Part shown: piece by piece, positions 28,235 through 37,834 of the stretch
Numbering within the stretch: position 1 is the stretch's first letter
Layout of the letters: every line of letters begins with the position of its first letter
Virus record (IMG/VR): IMGVR_UViG_3300027816_000067
Span: 8,322 to 72,321 of that record
Origin: a virus
Lineage: Duplodnaviria; Heunggongvirae; Uroviricota; Caudoviricetes; Crassvirales
DNA: 64,000 nucleotides
Strand: one strand, 5' to 3'
Notes under the pieces: generated by a model
The model's input: the letters and a program-made list of their open reading frames with translations, nothing else
What the model was told of the DNA's origin: nothing
The model's database searches: none
Made by a program: the position numbers and the translations under genes

Positions 28235-28486
28235 ATGAGTGATAATGTTAAAAGATGTTTAGCAGATCTTGCTATTCGTCAAAATAAATTAAGTAAACAG
28301 AATTATAGATTAGGTTATGTAACTGCATTAAATGATATAGTAGATTATTTAACCCAACAGTTAGATACAAAAGAAAAAGAAGAAATTAGTATTACAGAAG
28401 CTGCTGTTAGAATAAAAAATATGGACGATTCCTTGCAGCTGACTAGATATTTAACGAAATTAGCAGAAGAAATTAATAAACAATGA
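28235..28486 (+). CDS. Hypothetical protein
   Basis: 83-aa ORF. Confidence 0.45.
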   Translation: MSDNVKRCLADLAIRQNKLSKQNYRLGYVTALNDIVDYLTQQLDTKEKEEISITEAAVRIKNMDDSLQLTRYLTKLAEEINKQ

Positions 28487-29007
28487 GTAAACGACTAAAT
28501 ATAGAGTTCGTAATTAAGGTTTTAAGTCAAAAAAGAGTAAAATTTGACCGTAGTAATAACGTACTTGATATATCAAAAGCAGAAGATTTAGGTTCTAAGT
28601 CTTGGGGTTATATAGATTTTCTATCAAAGCAAGAATTTGTATTAGTTGGTAAATTTGATTATTTAAAACAGTTTAATAAGAAAGAAAAGTCTTCTAAAAT
28701 ATCTGTTGTAAAAGAATCTATTCCTGTAAAGAAAGAAGCTAAATGGCACTCTTATTCAGATATAAAACAATTTTACGATTATAAAGGTAATACATTTGCT
28801 TCTTCTGAATTTAGACATTTAGAAACTATTAATCATTTACAAGATAAGTTTAATAGAGATGTATTTAAGAAAACAGAAGAAGAAAAACTAAAATTGTTTG
28901 AGATTAAAGATAAAATCAAGAATAATATTAATGCTAGACCATTTTATAATGAAAAAATATGGTCTAGTGAGTATGAAACTGTAGAACAAATTCCTACTAA
29001 TAAATAA
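28483..29007 (+). CDS. Hypothetical protein
   Basis: 174-aa ORF. Confidence 0.5.
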   Translation: MSKRLNIEFVIKVLSQKRVKFDRSNNVLDISKAEDLGSKSWGYIDFLSKQEFVLVGKFDYLKQFNKKEKSSKISVVKESIPVKKEAKWHSYSDIKQFYDYKGNTFASSEFRHLETINHLQDKFNRDVFKKTEEEKLKLFEIKDKIKNNINARPFYNEKIWSSEYETVEQIPTNK

Positions 29008-29642
29008 TGGAAAATCAATCAAATGTACTTGCTAATGAAGCAGGTATCATGGCAAATATATATTTAGGTAAGGCTTTTTCTAAAGATAAAAAGCTTAATA
29101 AAACTGCAAAACAACTTGCTAAAAAGTATTTTATAGAATTAGTTAGACAAGATGTTGCTCGTAAAAAAGAAGAAAATAAGTTTATTCAAGATAACTTAAA
29201 TGAGCTTCAAAGTAGGAGTGTTTATATTCCTCGTGTTGTAAATATTAAATATAAAACATCTGATGGAAAAGAACGTATTAAAATAGAAAATCCTATTCCT
29301 TATAGTAAATTAGAGCATAATATTATGAAAGATATGCAACGATTGTCATATCAGATTAATAAAGGGTTACCTAATTCTGAAAATTTATCTGCACGTAAAC
29401 ATCCTAGATTAACAAATAATTCTAAGAAATATACGCGTAGACATAGGAATAATATCTTTAGTTATGTATTAGCTAAACCTCTTCATGTTAAAAGACTAAA
29501 TAAACAAGCAATACAATTAATTAAAAACGGAGCAACTGTTGCTTCTTTAAGAAATACGTTTGGTAGAATTGATAAACGTTATACTAAAACTGTATTAATT
29601 TATCCTAAGCAAATTAGTGATAAAAAATATGGATTAAAGTAA
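29007..29642 (+). CDS. Hypothetical basic protein
   Basis: 211 aa, K/R-rich. Confidence 0.5.
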   Translation: MENQSNVLANEAGIMANIYLGKAFSKDKKLNKTAKQLAKKYFIELVRQDVARKKEENKFIQDNLNELQSRSVYIPRVVNIKYKTSDGKERIKIENPIPYSKLEHNIMKDMQRLSYQINKGLPNSENLSARKHPRLTNNSKKYTRRHRNNIFSYVLAKPLHVKRLNKQAIQLIKNGATVASLRNTFGRIDKRYTKTVLIYPKQISDKKYGLK

Positions 29643-29820
29643 AATTTTAAAAGAGAGATAGTGTATGGAAGATGCACGTAATATTATTAATAATAGTATA
29701 CATAGAAATATGTCATATATTACAGTAAAATGCAATTTACTAAATATAGATTGGAGTACTATTAAATATTAAAGATTCGGTTAAAGACCTGAACTCTCTT
29801 TTACTTAAATTAATAACAAA

Positions 29821-30024
29821 ATGATAGCATTTTATATTTTTATTGGATTTATTCTTTGTTCTATTTTATACGCAGTTTGTTTTTTATATCTTCATAAAAA
29901 AAATTATCGTATTATTCAAAAGTCTGATGCTATAAAGCTGTGGGAACTAGGCGATGCTTATGGTGATCCTGTTTCTTTTAATAATGCAGCAGAAGCATTT
30001 GAAAAAGAGTGGAGTAAATTATAA
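29821..30024 (+). CDS. Small membrane protein
   Basis: 67 aa with an N-terminal hydrophobic helix. Confidence 0.4.
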   Translation: MIAFYIFIGFILCSILYAVCFLYLHKKNYRIIQKSDAIKLWELGDAYGDPVSFNNAAEAFEKEWSKL

Positions 30025-30034
30025 TGTAGTATTT

Positions 30035-30370
30035 GGGGCAGATTGGTTTTGACATGAATAGTTATATTATATAATCAAGCGTAGGGAAGTATGTTGTACC
30101 TACTGAAAATGCGCATACAACAACGATTGCTAAAGAAGCAAAAGTAGTGCCTATGTTTCCTCAAGGAGTAAATGTAGGACAAAGTGAAGGTGTTCAGCTA
30201 CGTGTAGCTGCTTAAAGAACACTTAGTTTAAGTTGAACAGGTTTAATTCTATATAATGTACCTTAAACAAATATAGATGGTGGAAGGTGTTCCTATCGGG
30301 AAGCCCCAAAGCTTGTATAAATTGTATAATGTAGTATTTATGGACAGGGGTTCGATTCCCCTCTGCTCCA
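30035..30370 (+). ncRNA. ssrA: tmRNA (ssrA), standard one-piece form
   Basis: 5' GGGGCAGATTGGTTTTGACATG resembles the tmRNA 5' consensus GGGGCUGAUUCUGGAUUCGACGGG. 3' GGACAGGGGTTCGATTCCCCTCTGCTCCA resembles GGACGGGGGUUCAAAUCCCCCCGGCUCCA. The acceptor stem GGGGCAG/CTGCTCC carries the G3-U70 wobble needed for alanylation, with discriminator A and no encoded CCA. An internal reading frame ends ...GVQLRVAA-TAA at 30213-30215, a typical tag ending. Confidence 0.75.
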
Positions 30371-30389
30371 CTAATAAGTTGAACACTGG

Positions 30390-30474
30390 GCCATTGTGTT
30401 GGAACTGGTAGACAAGACAGACTTAAAATCTGTTGTTCGTTAAGAACGTGGAGGTTCGATTCCTCTCAATGGTA
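30390..30474 (+). tRNA. tRNA-Leu (anticodon UAA), type II
   Basis: Acceptor GCCATTG/CAATGGT with G1-U72 wobble. Anticodon stem ACAGA/TCTGT with loop CTTAAAA. Long variable-arm hairpin GTTCGTTAAGAAC. T-arm GGAGG-TTCGATT-CCTCT. Discriminator A. Confidence 0.7.
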
Positions 30475-30572
30475 CGACTAGTTAGAGATTTTGCTATTTC
30501 TCTTTAATCAGATAGCGGGTGTACGGAACTACCAAGTGATCCTTTTTATTTAATTTTCTAAAGTACATTTTT

Positions 30573-31184
30573 ATGTCAAAAATCGTAAGTATCCGTAAAG
30601 TAGCTAATGGTTCATTTCAAGCAGAAATGACAGGTTTAGTTGAGCGTCCTGGTGCAGTTAACGTTCTCGCTCATCTTAATAAAGGTGATGCTCGTTTTCG
30701 TTCTGGTTCTGAGCGTAGAGTATGGTTTCCTGTAACTCTTGCAACACTTCAAGAAGATTTTAATTTGCCTGAATCAACAATCAGTAATATTATGAATCTT
30801 GAACAAGGAGAACGTTTTGAATTGGCTATTGAAAATCCCACTCTTCAAGGTGAGAAACTAGCTATTCAGGTTAGAGAAACTACTATTCCTGATGCATGGC
30901 AAAAACAAAATATTGCCAAGTCTGCAAAGCAATTAATGATAACTGATAAGGTTGCTTCTAGTAAAATCAAAACTGAGTATGATCTTACTAAATATGTAGG
31001 TCAAAATGGTTATTTCTTGGATGAGGAAGGACATTTTATCTTCTCTCGTACAAGTGTAAACATTGCTTCTCAAATTAACCATGTATTTGTTGAAGGTACT
31101 TTTGTACCAGAAAGCGAATTACCTAGTTATGGAGAGACTTTAGCAAGTGCTAAAGTAGGTGATGCAGCAATGCAAGAAGCTTAA
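30573..31184 (+). CDS. Hypothetical protein
   Basis: 203-aa ORF followed by a strong terminator. Confidence 0.55.
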   Translation: MSKIVSIRKVANGSFQAEMTGLVERPGAVNVLAHLNKGDARFRSGSERRVWFPVTLATLQEDFNLPESTISNIMNLEQGERFELAIENPTLQGEKLAIQVRETTIPDAWQKQNIAKSAKQLMITDKVASSKIKTEYDLTKYVGQNGYFLDEEGHFIFSRTSVNIASQINHVFVEGTFVPESELPSYGETLASAKVGDAAMQEA

Positions 31185-31196
31185 TTTGTAATTTAT

Positions 31197-31230
31197 GAGC
31201 AAGAGGAGAAATCCTCTTGCTCTTTTTTGT
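31197..31230 (+). terminator. Intrinsic terminator
   Basis: Perfect 11-bp stem GAGCAAGAGGA gaaa TCCTCTTGCTC + T6. Confidence 0.7.
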
Positions 31231-31248
31231 TTAACTAAATAAATAAAT

Positions 31249-31767
31249 ATGAAAACTATTCTTACAGCATTTTTGTTATGTGTTTGTTTTAACTCAAAAG
31301 AGCAAATAACAGAAATCAACTATAAGGATGAAACATTAGATGTTACTCCGTTATCAAAAGAAGATAGTATTAAGTTGGTATTATTTAGATATGATTTAGA
31401 TACTAATATTGTAAAATTATTAGTAGCACAAGCTAAACATGAATCAGGCAATTTTAAAAATAAACTTACTAAATATAATAATGTATTTGCCAGACATTAT
31501 AGTAAGTTTGATACTTTAGCATTAGGTCCAGGAGCGGAAGCAGAAGGTCACAATAATTTTGCTAAGTATAAGAGTATTGAAGATGCAACTATAAGTCAGT
31601 ATCTTTATTTAAAAAGAAAAAAGTATAGCTTTAAATGGGAAACACCATATCAATATGCTGTTGAATTAAAGTCTAAAAAATACTATACTGCATCTATAAA
31701 AGAGTATTCAACTAGTTTAACTAAATATTATAATATAACTAATGGATTTTTTAGTACAACTCCTTGA
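31249..31767 (+). CDS. Putative lipoprotein (signal peptide with lipobox-like Cys)
   Basis: 172 aa; N-terminus MKTILTAFLLCVCFNSKEQ. Confidence 0.5.
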   Translation: MKTILTAFLLCVCFNSKEQITEINYKDETLDVTPLSKEDSIKLVLFRYDLDTNIVKLLVAQAKHESGNFKNKLTKYNNVFARHYSKFDTLALGPGAEAEGHNNFAKYKSIEDATISQYLYLKRKKYSFKWETPYQYAVELKSKKYYTASIKEYSTSLTKYYNITNGFFSTTP

Positions 31768-32266
31768 AGTAATTAAAGATTTTTGGGAATCTATATGGCC
31801 TTTTTGTGTTATTGATGAATATGAAAGAGGTTTAATACTTCGATGGGGAAAGTATCATAAGGTAGTTGGACCCGGTTTAAAGATAAAAAGACCTATATCC
31901 GATAAGTTATATACAGTACCAATAGCAACTGAAACTATATCTACTAAACCTCAATCATTAACTACGAAAGATGGTAAAACAATTACTACAGCTTTAGTAA
32001 TTAAATATAAAGTAGATGATACAGAAGAGAGTATAAAAAAGTACTTACTTGATGTAAGAGATGTTACTGATGCTATTGATGATATAGCTATGGCTAAAAC
32101 AAAAGAGTTAATTATGTCTAGAACTTGGGAAGAGTGTAAATTAAATACACTTGATAATGAGATTAGTAAAGATACTAGACGTGAAGCAAAGAAATGGGGA
32201 ATTTATATTGATTACGTTGTAATTGTTCAACTAGCCGAATTTAGAAATATACGGTTAGTACAATAG
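31742..32266 (+). CDS. SPFH / band-7 domain protein
   Basis: 174 aa. GLILRWGKYHKVVGPGLKIKRPISDKLYTVPIATETISTKPQSLTTKDGKTITTALVIKYKV matches the SPFH (stomatin/prohibitin/HflK) fold signature. Confidence 0.55.
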   Translation: MDFLVQLLEVIKDFWESIWPFCVIDEYERGLILRWGKYHKVVGPGLKIKRPISDKLYTVPIATETISTKPQSLTTKDGKTITTALVIKYKVDDTEESIKKYLLDVRDVTDAIDDIAMAKTKELIMSRTWEECKLNTLDNEISKDTRREAKKWGIYIDYVVIVQLAEFRNIRLVQ

Positions 32267-32486
32267 TATTTAGTGTAGGATTTCATAACGTTTACTATCC
32301 TACACTAATACTACTCCTGCTTTATGAAGGGCCAGAGCGCGTTTAATTTGCTCTAAAGCGGTTTTCTTTGAAACAGTCCTACGACCACGCTTAGACCCGA
32401 TATTTATTACTGTAAGGCTCATATTTTCTTTGTTTAATAACGACACAAAATTAAGAAAGGTTTCGATAAAAACAAATTTTTAATCT

Positions 32487-34772
32487 ATGTATTACTTCAT
32501 TACTGCTAAAGCTCAAAGTTGGAACCACCCTGAAATAGAAATTGTGGGAAATTTAGCTAAAATGAAGGAAGCAATTACAAATAGTACTTTATTAGGATGT
32601 GATACAGAAAATAATAGCATTAATCCTATAAATGCTACACCATTATTGTTTCAAATTTCTGACGGTAAAGACAGTTTTGTTGTAGATATTACAACAATAG
32701 GTACTGAATTTTTAAAAGATATTAATTTTACAGGTAAAAAACTAATTTTTCATAACGCACAATATGATTGGAAGATTTTAAATCAGCAATATGGAGTATC
32801 TTTAGATATTGATAATATTATAGATACTATGATACATGAACAAATTCTAGGAAGAGGTAGTGGACGATCTGCATCTTTAGAAGAAACTCATTTTAGACGT
32901 CTTAATGCGTTTATGCCAATGAGTAAATCTACTAGAGATGATTTTATTAAAATGAAATATAATCCTAAATTTCAATGGGAGCATATTTATTATTCTGCAT
33001 ACGATCCTATTTGTTTATTTCCTATTTTAGAAAAACAAAAACCACTGATTAGTCAGTATAAATTAGAGAGAAGAGTATATGAAATAGGTGATCCTTTAGT
33101 TCCAATACTAGGGGAAATGTGCGTTAATGGATTTACTTTAGATAGTAATAAGTGGTTGGAGGTTTTAAATGAAAATAAAAGTAAAAAGTTTCAAATTGAA
33201 TTAAAATTAGATGAAGAAATTGTAAAATTTTCTAAAGATCATCCTAAATTAAAAGGTGGTTTATGGACTAATAAAAGAAAAAAAGTAGAATTAGAACAGT
33301 TATCTTTTTTTGGTCAGTCTGTAAGTATATCTAATGAAAATAAAAGAAATGTTTCTTATTCTTCAACTAAACAATTAGTTAAATTATTTACTATTTTAGG
33401 AGAACCAATTCCTCAAAAACAAGATAGAGAAGGTAAAGAAGAAGATTTTAAAGCAAAAAAGAATTCATTTGCAGAAGAAGCACTTGAACAATATAAGATA
33501 GAATATCCTAGTTCTAAGGTTTTACCATTTATTAATAAATTATTAGAGTATAGAAAATATGAAAAAGCTATTAATTCTTTTGGAGAAATATTTCTTAAAG
33601 AGTTAATACGTAAGCCAGGTTCAAAAAAATCTAAAATTGGTTATTATAATAGTAAAACTGGAAAAGTTCATACTATATATAAACAAGAATTTACTAAAAA
33701 TGGTCGTTTATCTTCTGGTGATGTTAAAAATGGTTTTTATAATAGCCAACAAATTATAAAAGATAATAAATATAGAAACTGTTTTACTTTAACACAAGAA
33801 GAAATAGCTAATGGTTGGTATGTTTCTACTTATGATTTGAGTAGTGCAGAATTAGTTATTCTTGCTAGTAATAGTAGAGATAAAACTTTGATTAAGCTTT
33901 TAAAAGAGAAAGCGGATCTTCATTGTTATCTTGCTAGTGCTATCTATACTAAAATTATTTCTTATATTAAAAATACAATGTCTTCTAATAGAGCATATGA
34001 TGAAATTGCTCAATTATTAGTTGTAAATAGATTACAGCAAGACTATGAGCATGAATATGAGGAAAATGGTGTTAAAAAGAAGAGAAAATTTACTTATTTA
34101 GAGTTATCTCAAATTCATAATGAACGTATAGAATTAGCATTAAGTCAAAAGGAGTTTAAAATAGATAAGAAAAAATATCCTGATATTAGAAATCCTGTTA
34201 AAAATATCGTATATGGTATTAATTATGGTGCAGGAGAAGAGAAAGTTGCTGAAACACTAAATATTGCACCTTATTATGCCAAGCTTGCTTTAGAAGCTAT
34301 GAGAGAATCCTTACCTGAAGCTTTTGCGTATCTAGATAGAATATCAAATTTTGGTGTTAAGAATGGTTATTTAATATTTAATGAAAGAACTAATTCTAGA
34401 CATTGGTTTGAAACTTGGTTAGACGCACAAAGAAAAGGTATTGAGTTATCTCAAAAAGATAAGTCTGCTATTAAGCGTGCTTGTAAAAATTATGGTATTA
34501 GTGGCACTCAAGCCGATATGATTAAAGAGTCTATGGTTAATATTCATAGATTTGTGAATAATCAATTTGGATCAAATAGACGGGATAATTTTAGGTGGTT
34601 ATTACAAGTACATGATGAAATTGTATTTGCACATAAAGCTAATAATTTACAAGAAGCAGAAAAATTTGCAAAACAAATTGGTCAGGTAGTTACTAATACT
34701 TGTAACTTATATTTAAATGAAATAGAAATGGAAGTTTCAGGACATACTGGACATTGTTGGCATAAAGATTAA
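32487..34772 (+). CDS. polA: DNA polymerase, family A, with 3'-5' proofreading exonuclease
   Basis: 761 aa. Exo I GCDTEN, Exo II FHNAQYDW, Exo III YSAYD. Polymerase motif A YDLSSAELVILA, motif B RNPVKNIVYGINYG, motif C QVHDEIVF. Confidence 0.85.
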   Translation: MYYFITAKAQSWNHPEIEIVGNLAKMKEAITNSTLLGCDTENNSINPINATPLLFQISDGKDSFVVDITTIGTEFLKDINFTGKKLIFHNAQYDWKILNQQYGVSLDIDNIIDTMIHEQILGRGSGRSASLEETHFRRLNAFMPMSKSTRDDFIKMKYNPKFQWEHIYYSAYDPICLFPILEKQKPLISQYKLERRVYEIGDPLVPILGEMCVNGFTLDSNKWLEVLNENKSKKFQIELKLDEEIVKFSKDHPKLKGGLWTNKRKKVELEQLSFFGQSVSISNENKRNVSYSSTKQLVKLFTILGEPIPQKQDREGKEEDFKAKKNSFAEEALEQYKIEYPSSKVLPFINKLLEYRKYEKAINSFGEIFLKELIRKPGSKKSKIGYYNSKTGKVHTIYKQEFTKNGRLSSGDVKNGFYNSQQIIKDNKYRNCFTLTQEEIANGWYVSTYDLSSAELVILASNSRDKTLIKLLKEKADLHCYLASAIYTKIISYIKNTMSSNRAYDEIAQLLVVNRLQQDYEHEYEENGVKKKRKFTYLELSQIHNERIELALSQKEFKIDKKKYPDIRNPVKNIVYGINYGAGEEKVAETLNIAPYYAKLALEAMRESLPEAFAYLDRISNFGVKNGYLIFNERTNSRHWFETWLDAQRKGIELSQKDKSAIKRACKNYGISGTQADMIKESMVNIHRFVNNQFGSNRRDNFRWLLQVHDEIVFAHKANNLQEAEKFAKQIGQVVTNTCNLYLNEIEMEVSGHTGHCWHKD

Positions 34773-34951
34773 TTAATGATTAACGTATATCATAATGGAG
34801 AGTTGGTAGCGCAAGCTAAAACTATAACTGTTGTTAATAACTATTTTAGATTTAAACACTCTCATAATTTAAGAAAAGAAAATAAAATTAATCGTAGTTT
34901 ATTTTCTAAAAAATTTAATATAACCGTTGTACTTATAGAAGAAGATATTAT

Positions 34952-35272
34952 ATGGCAAAAAAACCAGAGCATAGTTTTTTTAAAAAAGTTAGAGCCGAAA
35001 GAATAGCAAATTGTGGAGATTGTGGTGGTAATCCACCTACTGATAAATTTAATCTACAAGGAATGTTTGGTCTTTATTGTACTAAATGTATGGAAGTTGT
35101 TAATTGGCGACCTACACAAGACACTACACCTAAAATTCCTGTCGTAGTCTCTATTGATGAAACAGGTAAAGATCATTATGATCCTATGAACTCTAGAGTA
35201 GTAACTCTAGAATTAAGAGAAAATGTTCCTGTAGATAAAAAAATTAAATTTGAAGAATTAAAAATTGAATAA
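34952..35272 (+). CDS. Zinc-ribbon hypothetical protein
   Basis: 106 aa; CGDCGG...CTKC. Confidence 0.45.
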   Translation: MAKKPEHSFFKKVRAERIANCGDCGGNPPTDKFNLQGMFGLYCTKCMEVVNWRPTQDTTPKIPVVVSIDETGKDHYDPMNSRVVTLELRENVPVDKKIKFEELKIE

Positions 35273-36551
35273 TATGGCTGATGTAGTAGCAAATGTATTA
35301 CCTACTTTATACACATTAGATTCTTTTAATAAAGTTAGAATATTTAAAGCTAGTGTTGTAGCTAGTTCAACAGAAGATGGATATGCTATTAAAACTGAAA
35401 CAGGTTTAATAGATGGTAAACTTACTCCTAAGATGGAATTAGTTAAAAAAGGTAAACAAAAAAGAAATGTTTATGAGCAGGCTATATTTCAGTTAAACGC
35501 TTTGTGGAGACAAAAATTAGATGAAGGATATAAATCTCTAGATGACCTTGTTAAAAGATTATTGGAGTTTAATATAATTCAAGTAAATTACAATATCACA
35601 GAACAAGAAATATTAGCAAAAGCTATTAACTATATACCTAATTTTGCTTATACAAATAGTAACTGGGATGAATTACCAATGCTTGCACATAAGATAAAAG
35701 ATGTAAAGGTATTAAATTTTCCTTACATTATTCAACCTAAGTTAGATGGTGTTAGATGTTTAGTAAAAAAAAAAAACCTAGATGCTGTTTTAATTAGTAG
35801 AGGTGGTCAATATTATCAAATACCTCATTTAATAAACGATCTTACTATATTTTTAAAACGTTTAGGAAATGCTGGTTATAGTTCTTTATTATTAGATGGT
35901 GAAATTTACAAACATGGGATTCCTCTTCAAGAAATTTCTGGAGCAGCTAGAAAAGAAGAAAATGGAATGTTTGCTTCTAATAGTTGGTTAGAATATCATA
36001 TTTATGATGTTATTTCATTGATTGATAGTAAAGCATCACAAAGAGAACGTGATTTATTATTAACCATTAATCAAAAATATTCTTTTGATTTACTTTCTAT
36101 TAAATTTGTAGAAAGTAAAAAAATCTACAGTAAAGAAGAAGCTGAAATGGTGCATAATTATTATGTATCACAAGGATATGAAGGTGCCATTCTAAGAAAT
36201 CCTATGGGTATTTATGAATTTAATACTAGATCATATTCATTGATTAAAATAAAAGAATATCAAGACGAAGAATTTGAAATTATTGCTTGTGGTAATGATG
36301 AAAATAAATCTATTGGTGAGTCTTTTTATTTTGTATTAAAGAACAATATTAATGATTTAATATTTAAATCTAGACCTACTGGAACAGAAAAGCAAAAAGA
36401 GTATTGGTTCTATAATATAGATAAGTTTAAAGGTAAGAAAGCTACTGTTAGATTTTTTACAAGAAGTAATGATGGATTGCCTACTCAGGGTGTTGTAAGA
36501 CATAAAGATACTGAAATATTAGTTAAACATATTAGATCAGATGGAGAATAA
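35265..36551 (+). CDS. ATP-dependent DNA ligase
   Basis: 428 aa. Motif I KLDGVR (IIQPKLDGVRCLV), motif IV-like YEGAILR, motif V-like LIKIK. Contains an A12 homopolymer at 35765-35776. Confidence 0.7.
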   Translation: MNNMADVVANVLPTLYTLDSFNKVRIFKASVVASSTEDGYAIKTETGLIDGKLTPKMELVKKGKQKRNVYEQAIFQLNALWRQKLDEGYKSLDDLVKRLLEFNIIQVNYNITEQEILAKAINYIPNFAYTNSNWDELPMLAHKIKDVKVLNFPYIIQPKLDGVRCLVKKKNLDAVLISRGGQYYQIPHLINDLTIFLKRLGNAGYSSLLLDGEIYKHGIPLQEISGAARKEENGMFASNSWLEYHIYDVISLIDSKASQRERDLLLTINQKYSFDLLSIKFVESKKIYSKEEAEMVHNYYVSQGYEGAILRNPMGIYEFNTRSYSLIKIKEYQDEEFEIIACGNDENKSIGESFYFVLKNNINDLIFKSRPTGTEKQKEYWFYNIDKFKGKKATVRFFTRSNDGLPTQGVVRHKDTEILVKHIRSDGE

Positions 36552-36663
36552 TGAACAACAAAAAGAACAATTTGAAAAAGAGTATCAGTTAGAACAAGAT
36601 AGAATTTTAAGGATATATTAAGATAATGATTCTAAATCTCCTGATAATTGGGAAGATACTGAT

Positions 36664-37245
36664 ATGTTTCTTGTATATGACCACAGACAATTCACTGTAA
36701 AAAGAAAAGGATTTGCACCAGAGGATATTGCTGAATGGTATGGAACTTCTTTTAGAACATTAGATTATGAAGGATATTATGTTTTTCCTGTTGCTGCTTA
36801 TATTCATAGTGATATTGTATTAAATCTTACTGATTCTTTACAAAGACAAGGTTGGGATACTAGTGTTACTGGTTTTATTTTAGTTCATAAAGACAGCGTA
36901 TTTATTACAGAAAAGGATAAAAGTAAGACTAAAGAACAAATTGCTAAAGAATATGCAGAAGGTTTAATTGAAACTTGGAATCAGTATTTATCTGGTGATG
37001 TTTGGGGTTTTAAAGTATTTAAGAAAGTTAAATATTATAATATTTCAGAGGATAAAGTAAATAAAATAATTGATAATTCTTGTAAGAACCAAGAATGTAT
37101 ATGGTTAGAAGATTTTAGAGAGAAATCCGAAGAAACTGTTAAACTAAAAGAAGAAGATTCTTGTTGGGGATTTTATGGTTCTGATATTAAAACTAATGGA
37201 ATATTAGATTATATTGGTTATAAATTAGTTGAAAATGAAAAATGA
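36664..37245 (+). CDS. Hypothetical protein
   Basis: 193-aa ORF. Confidence 0.5.
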   Translation: MFLVYDHRQFTVKRKGFAPEDIAEWYGTSFRTLDYEGYYVFPVAAYIHSDIVLNLTDSLQRQGWDTSVTGFILVHKDSVFITEKDKSKTKEQIAKEYAEGLIETWNQYLSGDVWGFKVFKKVKYYNISEDKVNKIIDNSCKNQECIWLEDFREKSEETVKLKEEDSCWGFYGSDIKTNGILDYIGYKLVENEK

Positions 37246-37621
37246 AGGAATTAATATTACTTATGAAGAAGCATTAGATATATTATTACAGATACCAGAA
37301 GATAAATTTATAACTGGTGCATATGAGCAAGAAAAAGATAATTGTTGTAGTATAGGTCATTTATCTAAGATACTTTTTAATAATTCTAGTCCTAGAGCTA
37401 ATATTAGTAACATAAATAATGTATTTTTACATGAACAAGAAATTTATATTAGACAAAGTGCACCTGGTGAATCTTTAATATCTCAAATAAATGATGGGAG
37501 AGCAGTGGATTATTTTCATTGGAAATATAATCAAAATACAGCTAAGCAAAGAGTATTAGCTTATTTATTAGATGTTGTAAGAGTTGGTAAAGGAAATGTA
37601 ATATTATTTACATATGATTAA
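37229..37621 (+). CDS. Hypothetical protein
   Basis: 130-aa ORF. Confidence 0.45.
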   Translation: MKMKNEGINITYEEALDILLQIPEDKFITGAYEQEKDNCCSIGHLSKILFNNSSPRANISNINNVFLHEQEIYIRQSAPGESLISQINDGRAVDYFHWKYNQNTAKQRVLAYLLDVVRVGKGNVILFTYD

Positions 37622-37832
37622 CTACTATAAAAAAGAAGATACTCTAACTAAATATTACGCTAAAGTAGATACAGAAACTAAAAAATCTGTATCTATTTAC
37701 CGTAATAAAGACGGCTCTCGTTTTGGTATTAATATTTTTAATTGTTATCCATCTATTTATAATGATTGGGTTATGTCTACACCAGAAGAGTTTATTGCTA
37801 AATTAGATTTTATTAAAAATGCAATAGTATAG
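37614..37832 (+). CDS. Hypothetical small protein
   Basis: 72-aa ORF. Confidence 0.4.
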   Translation: MINYYKKEDTLTKYYAKVDTETKKSVSIYRNKDGSRFGINIFNCYPSIYNDWVMSTPEEFIAKLDFIKNAIV

Positions 37833-37834
37833 AT

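Noticed and set aside
30075-30215. Treating the entire open frame inside the tmRNA (SSVGKYVVPTENAHTTTIAKEAKVVPMFPQGVNVGQSEGVQLRVAA) as the tag
   Set aside because: tmRNA tags begin at an internal resume codon after pseudoknot 1, not at the first sense codon. The actual tag is likely a C-terminal subset (for example starting at one of the GCA/GGA codons), which cannot be fixed without structural alignment.
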